Assembly (NCBI GenBank): GCA_000934665.2
Contig: JYFJ02002918.1
Coordinates: 1-49,045 of the forward strand
Reading direction: 5' to 3'
Source of the DNA: Catajapyx aquilonaris
Taxonomy: Eukaryota
DNA length: 49,045 bases
In this document: positions 38,139 to 49,045 of the stretch, piece by piece
Position numbering within the stretch: position 1 is the first letter of the stretch
Layout: each line of letters begins with the position of its first letter
Notes under the pieces: model-generated
Told to the model about the DNA's origin: nothing
Seen by the model: only the letters and a program-made list of their open reading frames with translations
The model's database searches: none
Position numbers and translations under genes: made by a program

Positions 38139-38711
38139 GGGAATGCCCTGACGACGTCCGGGGGAATTTTCCATCAAATTTAACTGTGCTGTGGCCCACT
38201 TTTTTTATACGACTTTGTTTCAATCAGCGTCATGATGTTACTTGTGATGTAAAAATAGTTTTCGGGTATTCCCGGAATGTCCGCATCTTTAATGTTGGGC
38301 TTGGAGTATCACAAGTCTTGCATAGAATATGACAAGTTATGTAAACAAAGGTGGAACCAGATTTCCTTGTAACCATCACGACCTGACCGGTTTGTAAGGC
38401 TAAGTTTTGGGTATTTTCCAGGAAGACCTTTGAATCCGTCTATATGTGATTCATCTTGGACGAAATGATCGTCGTAATAAATATAATTTTAAAACAAATT
38501 TCGAGACCAAAATTATTTGTCCGATCAGAGAATCTCCACCTTGCACATGTTAGTGCAATATATTTATGTTGAATTTCAGCTCTAAGTATTGTGTCCTCCT
38601 CGAGTCTTCCGGCACACCCTTTTCTTCTTCGTAAGGTGAGCTACGTAATAAAAAAAAGTCATCGCAAGTCATTCGTCAAACACAGCTCTTCAAACTGCCA
38701 GGGGAATTTCC
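38139..38711. promoter_or_regulatory. Candidate enhancer: cluster of NF-kB-like and STAT-like sites
   Basis: GGGAATGCCC 38139, GGGGAATTTTCC 38161, GGGTATTCCC 38264 overlapping TTCCCGGAA 38269, GGGTATTTTCC 38409 overlapping TTCCAGGAA 38416, and GGGGAATTTCC 38701. Confidence 0.5.
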
Positions 38712-39603
38712 GTCTGGCCATCAAATTCTTGTGCAGTGTGAATCCGTCACGGAAAAGGTTCACGTGTCAATAATAATAATAAATGGTTGGGAGAGAAAGA
38801 GTTGTGAAACTTTATATTGCAGGTTTGCTGCTTTGGCCCTGAGATTTAGGATACCGTTATCACAGAGAGCTATCCTTGACCATTTTTGTCACTTTTTCAG
38901 CGTGTGAGTGATGTAACGACGTGCCTGTCAATTCCGGCATGCAATTTGCCAATTCGAAATGTATGATAGGAATATCCATATACTTTTCACATAGCTCAAG
39001 TATGTTGAAAAAAAATGGGCAAATCTTAAAGTGCTTAAATTTAGACTTCTCCGGAAAGATCTGGTCAAGTTTGACGTCACAGCAGGTTGGAATATCCCGC
39101 AGGTCAAGTGGGCGAAATGTCCACACATAATTCCAACATTGCATCAACTTTCTTAGGGGATGAGAAGCAATAAGGTGAACTCATTACTCAAATCCGTCAA
39201 ATTGTTTGCCAGTCATGATTAATGAACCATGCCCCGAATTTTTAATATAGACCTTGCTGTATACATATATGTGACACAATTGTAACGAATTGCTCCATTG
39301 TTATTGTTCCTCGAATTACAATCCGTGTAGCAGGTCAATTCAGGTATGTATTTCCCCCCTCCCCTCCCCCTGCAAACTTCCGCTCTGATTGCATAAATCA
39401 GGAAGAGGGTCAATTCCGTGGGGGGGGGAAAAAATTGTCGGCAAGGAAGGAAAATTCATAACACGTAATTCATAACAGGATATGAGGGTGTCGCGCTCTC
39501 ACATATTGTATCCCCGCTGGTATGACAAAATAAAACATGTGAACTACATGTAAGTTAGACTATTATTTTTTTAAAAAAAATCTCTTCGCTATAGCATTTT
39601 TCC

Positions 39604-39682
39604 AGTCCTCCACCACTGCAGACCGCAGGCCTAGAAAAACAAGTGGCTTTCTAGTCCTGCGGCCTGCGGTGGTGGAGGACAT
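39604..39682. repeat. Short palindromic element; one arm recurs at ~40790-40820
   Basis: gtcctccaccactgcagaccgcaggcctagaaa ... tttctagtcctgcggcctgcggtggtggaggac. Confidence 0.75.
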
Positions 39683-39713
39683 GGTGTTAATTGCCGTTCC
39701 CCATCTACAGTAT

Positions 39714-39860
39714 CAAGGGGGTAATTACTCGACTGAAAAGTGTACACTGGAGTACCAAATTCAAGGAGTACCACGGAGTAATAAAGAGTGAGGTACCTGA
39801 GGAGTACCAGGGAGTACCAGCCCAGGTGTACACCGGAGTACCGAAGTGATTACCCCCTTG
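39714..39860. mobile_element. Small MITE-like element with internal GGAGTACC repeats
   Basis: TIR-like caagggggtaattact / agtgattacccccttg flanking about six ggagta(cc) units. Confidence 0.6.
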
Positions 39861-40222
39861 TACAGTATAGTCGAAGGACATTCTATAAAATGCACTTCTG
39901 GAACCTCCCACTTTTCAAGTCTTTCCATTGGAAATGACCTCAACAATGTGAGTAAATAGTGTCAACGAAAGGACACCGTTGGCATTCTTGTGTTATAGGG
40001 GGGCTAATAGGGTGCAAGTATATATTGTGCCCGGAAGCACCTTTTTTTTATGCGTCCGTACGAAACGGAAACCATACGGAAGATATGACCGCCATATATG
40101 CACATTTCCCTCCTACAAAAATGACCAGTTGAAAGTGTCAACATTGGGACGGGAAGTACGTCATAGGTTGATTTTTCTTTAAAACCTGTGGTAGTTTCTA
40201 GAGATGGCTAAGAGGGCCAGTA

Positions 40223-40420
40223 GGGGGCTTCCCCTTTACCTTCCGGCCAACCCTTTTGCTTCACTAAGCCATGGGTGTTAGTTAGTGGCATGCTGTGTGA
40301 GCGAGAGGCCTTGTACACGTATAAGAGAAGTGGGCCCCAGAGCCAGCCTCATCACTCGCAGGTGGACCACGAAGGACGTCACTTACACACATTCACACAC
40401 TGGAGCTTCTCACAACCACA
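40223..40420 (+). promoter_or_regulatory. Putative COX core promoter and non-coding first exon
   Basis: kB-like GGGGGCTTCCCC (40223-40234), TATAAGA (~40320), Inr-like TCACTC ~30 nt downstream, and donor GTGAGT at 40421. The COX ATG sits 3 nt after an acceptor (cctcctcag, 41270), which implies an upstream UTR exon. Confidence 0.45.
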
Positions 40421-41273
40421 GTGAGTACTATTAGTGCTATTGAAGTGCACAAACTGTCATTTGTAAATAACAGAGCAATTGTTGTTGAGATTGTTGACTG
40501 GAGCTGTCTTTGAAACGTGCAAAGTTTGTCCCATTTTTGTTCAGATGCCCCTTGGCTTATTCTTCGAAATTTGAACGACGTTGATAGCCATACAAGTTGG
40601 AAAGGACCTGACATAATACTTTGTTATGTAACACTTTGTAATCACTCAACGCCGCAAACGGTTCAAAAGAATATTCAGGCTATGCTAATTAATATTTGGC
40701 GCAACATACAATCTATAATATTCAAATCGTAGTGGGCATGTATGTGCACGCCTTCTTATTGGCCTGCCGCACATTGTTACCCAATATGGCGTCCACCACC
40801 GCAGGCCGCAGGACTAGAAAAAAGCTAGCGAAGCGAGGGTTATTCTACAGTTTACTTCTTGTTGGTTCAACGTGTGATTTCAAGGGAAGAAAATTTTGTG
40901 TTTCGCATCAATTTGCAGGTTTTTAGCCGCTGTAACTAATAATGGTGTCATCAGTATTAGCTGGTTATAACAGCTGGATGGGTGTATGTGTCTTCTGGCA
41001 GGTACGAAGGTCACAAGCACGTGCTTAAGTTGTTTAAAAAAATGTACGCAGCAAGTAGTGGCCTTCAATCCAGTTTCGTTGACTTAAAGACGGCGTAGGT
41101 GCACAAAAAAAATGCAAAAAAAAAGGTTCGAACCCGCCACTTATAAGCAGCTAAACTCCGTATAGTGTAATGTGTGCTGCACACAAACATTGTCATTCAC
41201 GAAACAACGACGCTACGTGAATAAAAAGGACCTTGACTAAATAACCAAGTTGAGTCCGTTTCCTCCTCAGGAA

Positions 41274-44200
41274 ATGCATCTCACCACATTCCTGATTGCA
41301 GCCTCCGCCATAATCGCATCCACCTGCGTACAAGGTAAGAGCTTAATCAAGCAGCTCATTAGTCAGCAATTAACCAGCTATTTAAAATTTTTTGCAGGTT
41401 ACAACCCATGCTGCTCATACCCTTGTCAGAATTTAGCGATATGCGTGCCCAGTGGGACTGATAGCTACAAGTGTGATTGTACAGGACTCAATTACTTTGG
41501 AACTAATTGCGAAAAGCGTAAGTATAATTAGACTATTAATTATTCAGGGGGTAGATTCATTCAATGAGTCACTCAATATTCCCTCATTGTCTAAATATAC
41601 GAGTTTAAGTTGTTTACCACTTTTCAATTTGTAGGGCTCGGAAGAAAAACATGTGAACATGTTTTCTCCATAATAATTCACTTTGATGTTCACAGAGCAG
41701 TGAATTAAAATGAAATGTTCTGTTATCTCTCTCTCTCCGACAGCGACGTTCGTTCAAAGCATCGTCGACTGGTTCAAGATCCCGCCGGACACAATGCACA
41801 TTATCATCACGGGGTACTCTTGGCTCTGGGGTATCGTAAACAGGATACCTTTCCTTCAGAAGAGTGTCATGCAATACATCTACCTCTGTGAGTCTATATC
41901 GGTCTATATTCAAATAATCAGGGAAACCATATTGAATTATGATGTCGGCATTGTTGTATCAGGAAGCATATACTACATAAGAGGCGCAAACATTCGATTT
42001 CCGCGTCTCTCTGCTTGGGGCCGTTGCCAAGGCTGGCGGCCATCTTGAATTGTGGGGAACGCCAACGAGGTATAAATAGGGTACAGGCAAAAATAGGGTC
42101 CCCATCTTTGATTCACGCGCGTTCTTGCCGTGTAGTTGCCATGGCCGCCAAAACCATCAAAGATGGCGGATCCTATTTTTGCCTGTACCCTATTTATACC
42201 TCGTTGGCGTTCCCCACCCTTCAAGATGGCCGCCAGCCTTGGCAACGGCCCCAAACAGAGAGACGCGGAAATCGAATGTTTGCGCCTCTTATGTAGTATA
42301 TGCTCCCTGGTCGTACTCTGGTATGTTGCTAATACTTTGCATGTTTCTTACGCAGCTAGAGGAGCGATGATAGACACACCTAGTCTGTACGAATCAGATC
42401 ATGAGTACATAACGATGGACGCATATTACAACACGTCGTACTACTCTCGGACGTTACCACCGGTGCCTAAAGACTGCCCGACACCTACAGGAATACATGG
42501 TGAGTCCCCAGAAACGTGGAGCAAATTTTTAAATGAAAAATAGTAATGAGGAAGTATAGTTGACTTAATTACATTTCGGCCATGCTCCATTGGGCGGTTA
42601 ACTGAATCGGTCCATGATTCCTGTAGTACCATTGTTCCAGAAAAAAATAGGCTACTTTTTTTTATTACGCCACGAATGTGCTCGTTAAAATTGCGCAACT
42701 TCTAACACATTTCTGAAATTGAAATCAATAAATAAAACGAATCGACTCTCGCGGTAATAACTCGGTTTTAAGATCCATTGCAGCATCGTACGCTCTCAAT
42801 TCATGACACAGGCTCTGCATGCCCACATTTATAGGGGATTTTGTTTTTAAAAAATTAAAAATTCAATTGTTTACCCCCAGCAACCGATTTACAGTGAAGC
42901 TACTCAATTGTTGCTCATCCTGCATACCCGGTTTCTAGGGCAAACAATCCCCATGAGCAGGCTGGCTAACAGCGAAGGCCGCATAGTTTTTACAGCCATT
43001 GGATAATTATTATGCAAATTTGGTTCGCTCCTAATATATGTTTTCTTCAAAGGTCAGAAAGCATGAGAAAGCCATAATATTACTTTACGTAATTAATTAA
43101 TATTTTCAATCGGCACCTTGCTTTCACCCAGACCCAGAGTGAGTTGCAATATTTAGCTGTGGAGGCAGAGCTGAAACGAATAGTGGCAGGCGTCGCTAAT
43201 TTACTGATCGATGTCAATTTTCACGGCTGTCTAAAGTAAATGTCGCAACTTGGACATTAACTATACGACCTTTTTTTCTTTTCTTCGAAATACCAACCCA
43301 GGCCCGGAACAATTTCCTCCAGCAAAGGAGGTGGTACGAAGGCTGTTTCGAAGAAAGAAGTTCATCCCTGACAAGCATGGCACCAACGTGCTCTTCGCAG
43401 CCTTCGCCCAACACTTCAGCCACCAGTTCTTCAGGACAGACTTCAAGAAAGGACCAGCTTTCACTTTGGGATCAGAAGGGGTATTAATCATTCCAAAAAT
43501 CTACAGTTCGTTGTATGTATAAGCATTCTGATTGGTCCGTCGCATATTGTTACCCCGACAATTCCGATTGGCCCGCGTTCTACGCATGCGCAATGGGTGG
43601 AGGCAGCGCCTCTACGGTGGGTGGGAAGAACAATCCATTCGATCGCTGTGGGGGTCAGAGGGTCTACTTCGCTCTCCATCCCTGTATTGTCGGCCAGTTG
43701 GAACCACTGTCAGGTTGTTGACAGTCAGTAAATAACAGTTCATTCTTGGAATGTCAGGGCGTGTTCTGATAACCGGCATGTTCGAAGACCAAAGCGACTA
43801 ACAATATACCTGCATGGCATACCCATTAGAATAGGGTCTGTATCCGCTGAAGATAGGGCTGTATCCGCAAGAAAGGAAGGTTAGGTTATGTTGGTACAGC
43901 CTACCCTTTAGAATAGGGTCTGTATCCGCTGAAGATAGGCAGTATCCGCAAGGAAGGAAGGTTAGGATAGGCTAGGTTATGTTGGTACAGCCTACCTCCT
44001 AGAATATGGTCTGTATCCGCTAAAGACAGGGCTGTATCCGCAAGGAAGGAAGATTAGGTTATGTTGGTACAGCCTACCCCTTATAATAGGGGCTATATCC
44101 GCTGAAGATAGGCAGTATCCGCAAGGAAGGAAGGTTAGGATAGGTTATTAGGTTATGTTAGTACAGCATACCCTTTAGGATAGGGGCGGTATACGCTGAA

Positions 44201-45821
44201 GAGAGGGCTGTATCCGCAAGGAAGGTTAGGTTAGATTATGTTGGTACAGCCTACCCCTTAGAATAGAGGCATCACCGAAGCTAGTGAAGTGAGGGCTTTT
44301 CTAGAACAGTCTTATTAAAATCTTACTAGTATTTCCGTATTATGTTTGTCCGAGCTGATAGTACCACTTTCCCTCGCACGATCTTAAGTGGCAGCACTGT
44401 GCAAAGAGGGAGGTTGCGCCATCTGTGAGAGGCGTTTTCTTAAATGGCTTCTTCCTCATGACCTCCTTGCAGATCGACATGAGTCAGGTGTACGGAGGAG
44501 ACGAGGAGAGTCGTCGCTCGTTACGTTCTTACGTGGACGGAAAGCTGAAGACTCACACGGTGAACGGAGAAGAGTTTCCTCCACTGACTGACCAGGCACC
44601 ACAGGCCACGATGAGGTACCCTCCAGGTACGGGTCAAAAGTTCGCCCTGGGCAACTCCCACTTCGGGATGCTGCCCTGGCTCCTGGCCCTGGGCACCATT
44701 TGGATCAGGGAACACAACAGGGTCTGCGACGTACTCAAGGAGGACAACCCAACTTGGGACGACGAGAGGCTCTACCAGACGGCCAGGATCATACTAGCAG
44801 GTCGGTATATCCCTCACACAAATGGCGCACACTCTGGACAAACAACCGAATTCTACAAAAAAAAAATTAATTAATATTTTTAGGCGAGACAATGAAGATC
44901 GTGGTGGAGGACTATGTGCAGCATTTGAGCCAGTATAACTTCCGTCTGACCTTCGAACCCGAACTGACCCACGGACAGGTGTTCCAGTACTCCAATAGGA
45001 TCCGGGTAGAGTTCTCTCAGCTTTACCATTGGCATCCGTTTGTTCCTGATGTCCTCAAGATTGCAGACAAGGAGTACACGCTGAACCAGACCGTCTTTTC
45101 CACCAAGCCTCTGATGGAACATGGTCTGGACAATTTCATATATTCCATCGTCAATCAACGGGCTGGATCGGTAAGTCTGTTTGATTACACACATTAATGC
45201 CTTACTAAAATTATATCATTTATTTTTACGCAGATGACGTACCATAATCACGCTCCAGAACTGGAGAATATTCTGGAAACAACTTTGTTGCAAGGAAGGC
45301 AGGTCAGGTTACAGTCGTTCAACAATTATTTGCGCCGATTTGGCAGCACCCCTTACAGGTCATTCTATGACCTCACGGGTGACACCGAAACTTCAAAGGT
45401 GCTGGAGGAACTCTATGGACACATAGAGGCGCTGGAGTTCTATCCTGGTTAGTATCAGGTGGTGTGTTTCATATAATTATAGTTATAGGTTGTATCCACT
45501 CTATCGTATCATTCATCTTTTCCAGGTCTTTTGCTGGAAAAATCGGGGACCTCTGTGGTGTCGAGGTCAATGGTGAATATCGGAGGACCTTATTCGGTCA
45601 AAGGTCTTGTGGCCAACCCAATATGCAGTCCTGGTTGGTGGAAACCTTCAACATTCGGAGGGGAGCGAGGATTCCAGATAGTGAACACAGCATCGATTCG
45701 AAAGCTAATTTGCCAAAATTTGGCATCAAGATGTAAGGGACAGTACGTCGCATTTTCTGTCCCGGACAGTCCTCCTTGGTGGGTCAGTCATAATGAGATT
45801 CTAGGAAAGGACGAGCTCTGA
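41274..45821 (+). CDS. PTGS: Cyclooxygenase / prostaglandin G/H synthase (exons 41274-41334, 41398-41517, 41744-41887, 42356-42499, 43302-43480, 44473-44800, 44884-45170, 45234-45447, 45526-45821)
   Basis: Signal peptide, EGF domain NPCCSYPCQN, membrane-binding helices, YYSRTLPPVP.DCPTP, FAQHFSHQFF, IWIREHNRVCD, EDYVQHLS.Y, LYHWHP (catalytic Tyr and proximal His), GGPYSVKG (Ser530 equivalent), NPICSP.WWKPSTFGG and C-terminal KDEL. All introns are GT-AG. Confidence 0.97.
41960..42309. mobile_element. Palindromic MITE (~350 bp, ~145 bp arms) in COX intron 3
   Basis: caggaagcatatactacataagaggcgc...ccatctttgat is near-perfectly complementary to atcaaagatgg...gcgcctcttatgtagtatatgctccctg. Confidence 0.9.
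43820..44265. repeat. Minisatellite, ~5 x 80-95 bp with GGTTA/TTAGG motifs, in COX intron 5
   Basis: Repeated tagaatagggtctgtatccgctgaagatagg...gtatccgcaaggaaggaaggttaggttatgttggtacagcctacc. Confidence 0.9.
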
Positions 45822-48800
45822 TTGGATGGATATGTGTTGCGTTGTGCAGTGTGTGTGTGTAGAGAGAGATTTACCTCTATTGAATACAGACATGGCTGTG
45901 ATATTGCCTTCATGTGCTGTAGTATAGGTGAAGGAGTTCTAACTTCAGATGTAATGTTGGCATCATGTGAAGAGTGGTGCCAATAATGTCACGCAAGAAT
46001 GCATTCACCTATATGCCGATCAGTGTCAACAGCAAATGGCAATTTAAGTACACCTATATTTATCAACTTACGTACAAAGTAATTGTAAAATGCAGTGAAA
46101 CAGGCCTTTAATTTACATGAATAAATACCTGTGTACAAGGTATGACATAGTCAGGTTTCATTGCGCATGAGTATGTCCGATAAGTGTTACCAAAGACATG
46201 AAACACCATGAGTATGTATTCATGTCATGCAATGCACACTTTTTTTTCTGTTTTTGATTGCAGTTCCTACTAGACCCTAGTTAAAGTTGCAAAGACATTT
46301 TAAGTGTAATTATTGCAGTACTTATGTTCATATATTTAAAATATCCACGTAGATAATGTGTAACTGGGTGGTGACCTGTTCAAATCCACAATCAAAGGGA
46401 GATTAATAAATAATAATTATTTTAAACTCTTCCAACTGATTTTGTAAAGCAACTTTGTTGCTGAACATTTGTTGAAATGTGAACTTGAGCAGCGCACCAT
46501 CCTACAGCGTATAAAGAGCATCCTGTGCAATAAATAAACACTGCTTGAAGTAAATGCAATCCTGTCATTTTTTTTATTTGTTCTCACATAAAGCAATTAC
46601 TGATGAAATTACGCCAATATTTTCCCCCCTTTCAGACTGCCTTTTCATATCAAGTTGCATAATAGGGAAGGATATAGTTATTTTAAAAAAATCGTTATGT
46701 GTTTAGTAACCAAACTAAAAATTTTTTATTATTATTGGTCCGACGCCGTGGTCCGACGTGTGTCATAAAGCAAACTTGGCGCTTGAAGACTTATTGTCCC
46801 CTTTTGTGTTTCCAAGCCTGCTTTTTGTCCGATCATATTTCTCGTGCTGGCTACGTCATTAAATCGAAAGAGAGGCAACAAGAAGTGGCAGGCACCCACC
46901 AGTCACTTCAGTCAGTTAGTGACCGTTCACCAGGCCACGTCTCGTCGTATCACCAAGTCTCGCTCGAGTAATATCAAAACACTTTTTTGCGCGCCTTATA
47001 TACATATTTTTTTTTGGCATAATCATCAGCCTGCTTCTGCCGCATTCTTGTCAAGGCCACGCCCATTTCACGCACTTCCGGACATGGCCAACGTGTACTT
47101 CTGCGGGGTTGAAGGGTAAGTATGAAATATACATGTACCGATGTACGCGTAATTACCATAATGTTTTGGGCAAAAACATTATCATCATTTCGAGAAAGTA
47201 CATTGCACGTGGTAAAATGTTACAGTATAAATATATGCTACAGTATTTTCAAATTTTGCGTGCCATTTTTTTGTGTGAGAGTTTATTAGTATAAAGAATA
47301 TTTTGTATGACTAAGATTGCAATGATTGGCATACTGTTTGCGTATGTGACGTATTTAGGTTACAAGTTGTTTAAACTTGCGTCACATGCGTTAATCAATG
47401 TTTACTCCTTTCACATGGAAATGTCGTGCTCGATTATGGGTAATGATAATGACTAATAAAAAAAATGTCGTAATTTCGCAAATTGGATGACTATCAGAAG
47501 ATATTACGCAAGTAGTTAACAATTGGTAATTAAATCCCGAGTTAATAAAACCGCCTAGAATGTTGGACATGAAAATTCTGCTATTAAAATTACCAAATAT
47601 GCGAGAGGACAACAACAACAACAATAATTGCAAGTATGAAAATCACGCCAATATTTTGCAAAAATAATTTCAAGAGAAACGGTATAGGCTAATGTTGTTG
47701 TTCCGTTTGCAGTTACGTTTTTAACAGACACATTTGCCATTTCTTTCCTAGTGGTTGCAAATTTTTTTTGCGGGCTTTCCATGCTTCTATCGCGAAATAT
47801 CCGTTGCGTCACCCATTGTTGACCTCAATAGTAGTCCTACATGGAATGCGCTATAGCTGTATAGTGCTTGATGTATGGAGTGTGTACTCCTAAGAAATTT
47901 TGCAACCCGCATTAAGAGCTGGGGAAAAAAGGTCTAGCAGTTGAGTTTCGCAAGTGTGACTTGGGAATGCCTCACATAAATCAGCAAATATTCGCACACG
48001 ATTGTTGATTGTTGAACTAGTGGAGTCTGCACCGAAGTTTTATTATCGGAACGGTACATTTATATTCGTGGTCTTCTTACAAGTGTGAGAGCAATTCATC
48101 GCAAAAAAAAATAGCACAAATTTTGCAAGTTAATTTTTCATCCTTGGCATAATTTCCTGTAAACAGACACTTGACTCAGATATTTCCATTACAAGGCAAC
48201 ACAACATGGACTACTTACGCCAATTATTATTTGCAACAAGGCCCAACCGTACTCGAATGTACAGTACCGCGTATATTGCTCTTGAAGTGTTTTCTTGGTC
48301 CGGAGATAAAACTAGTGGCCTTGAATCTCTCCAATGACAAAAAAAAAGTGTCGTATATATTTTGAGCGTACAGAGGTTGCGGATCATATCACTTTCATTG
48401 TCACTGCCACGGTACATATTGTACATTGATTTCATCTGATAAAAAAGACCTACTTCAATGCGACACATCTGATGCGATAATGCTTCTGTATTATTCGGAA
48501 CTGTATGGTAGTCTATCAGCTCCTCTGAAATCTTTGCGAATTTCTGTGACGAAGTTGATTTTGGCAATTTTGGCTTCATTATACATAAACAATTGCAATA
48601 TAGGGCTCATTCTGCGCGATAGACAACCTGTTTGTCGCCTAACCCGCAGAATGAGCCTTATCATATGGAGTTATAGAAGGCGTCAGCACCTTTTTTTTTT
48701 ATCGCCGATAGTTGCGAAATTTCACGTGCAGTTCATTTATTCGATGCTAATGTATAGCCCTTAAGTAAGCATAGCTAATTCCAGTTAATCGGGGCGTGAC

Positions 48801-49045
48801 GCAGTGACCGATAATGTCGATAACAGTTTTTTTTTAAAAAATTGATTTGAACTTAGTTTTGGTGCCTAAATTATTAGCGCAATTTTTGCTCTCAATCCTT
48901 GCAACTCTTACGCAACAACGAAGGGTCAATTGATATGCAAATCATCTGAGTAGTATATATATGCGGCTCATGAGACAATGGATCATCAATCACTCGTTGA
49001 CAGCTCACTTCCGGTCTAATCCATTGTTCTCGAACACCTGCTTCC

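Noticed and set aside
41973..42296. Near-identical ORFs on both strands
   Set aside because: Artefact of the palindromic MITE.
43820..44265. Regularly spaced repeats superficially like a CRISPR array or telomere
   Set aside because: No unique spacers and eukaryotic intron context; only scattered TTAGG units, so an ordinary minisatellite.
45822..46540. AU-rich instability elements in the COX 3' UTR as in PTGS2
   Set aside because: Only isolated ATTTA pentamers at about background frequency; no overlapping cluster.
47391..48764. Short ORFs at the right end
   Set aside because: AT-rich with no recognisable domain; cannot support a gene or transposase call.

Overview
Intron-rich animal genomic DNA, most likely a non-insect arthropod (inferred from a divergent ionotropic receptor, an arthropod-type COX, TTAGG-containing repeats and a tRNA-derived SINE). 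In order: 3' end of an arrestin-like gene (+), 5' part of a PHPT1/janus-like gene (-), TRUB2 (+), a TDRD5/Tejas-like LOTUS-Tudor gene (-), a block of repeats and transposable elements, two tandem group-IV cytosolic phospholipase A2 paralogs (-; copy A has an IR pseudogene in an intron and two candidate lesions), a ~9.6 kb intergenic region with clustered kB/STAT-like sites, and a complete 9-coding-exon cyclooxygenase (+) ending in KDEL. The main observation is a head-to-head cPLA2-COX prostaglandin biosynthesis locus with the same orientation as human PLA2G4A-PTGS2. The intact cPLA2 also carries a C-terminal FFAT-like ER-tethering motif. All gene models were built by eye from ORF fragments and splice signals; no database searches were run.
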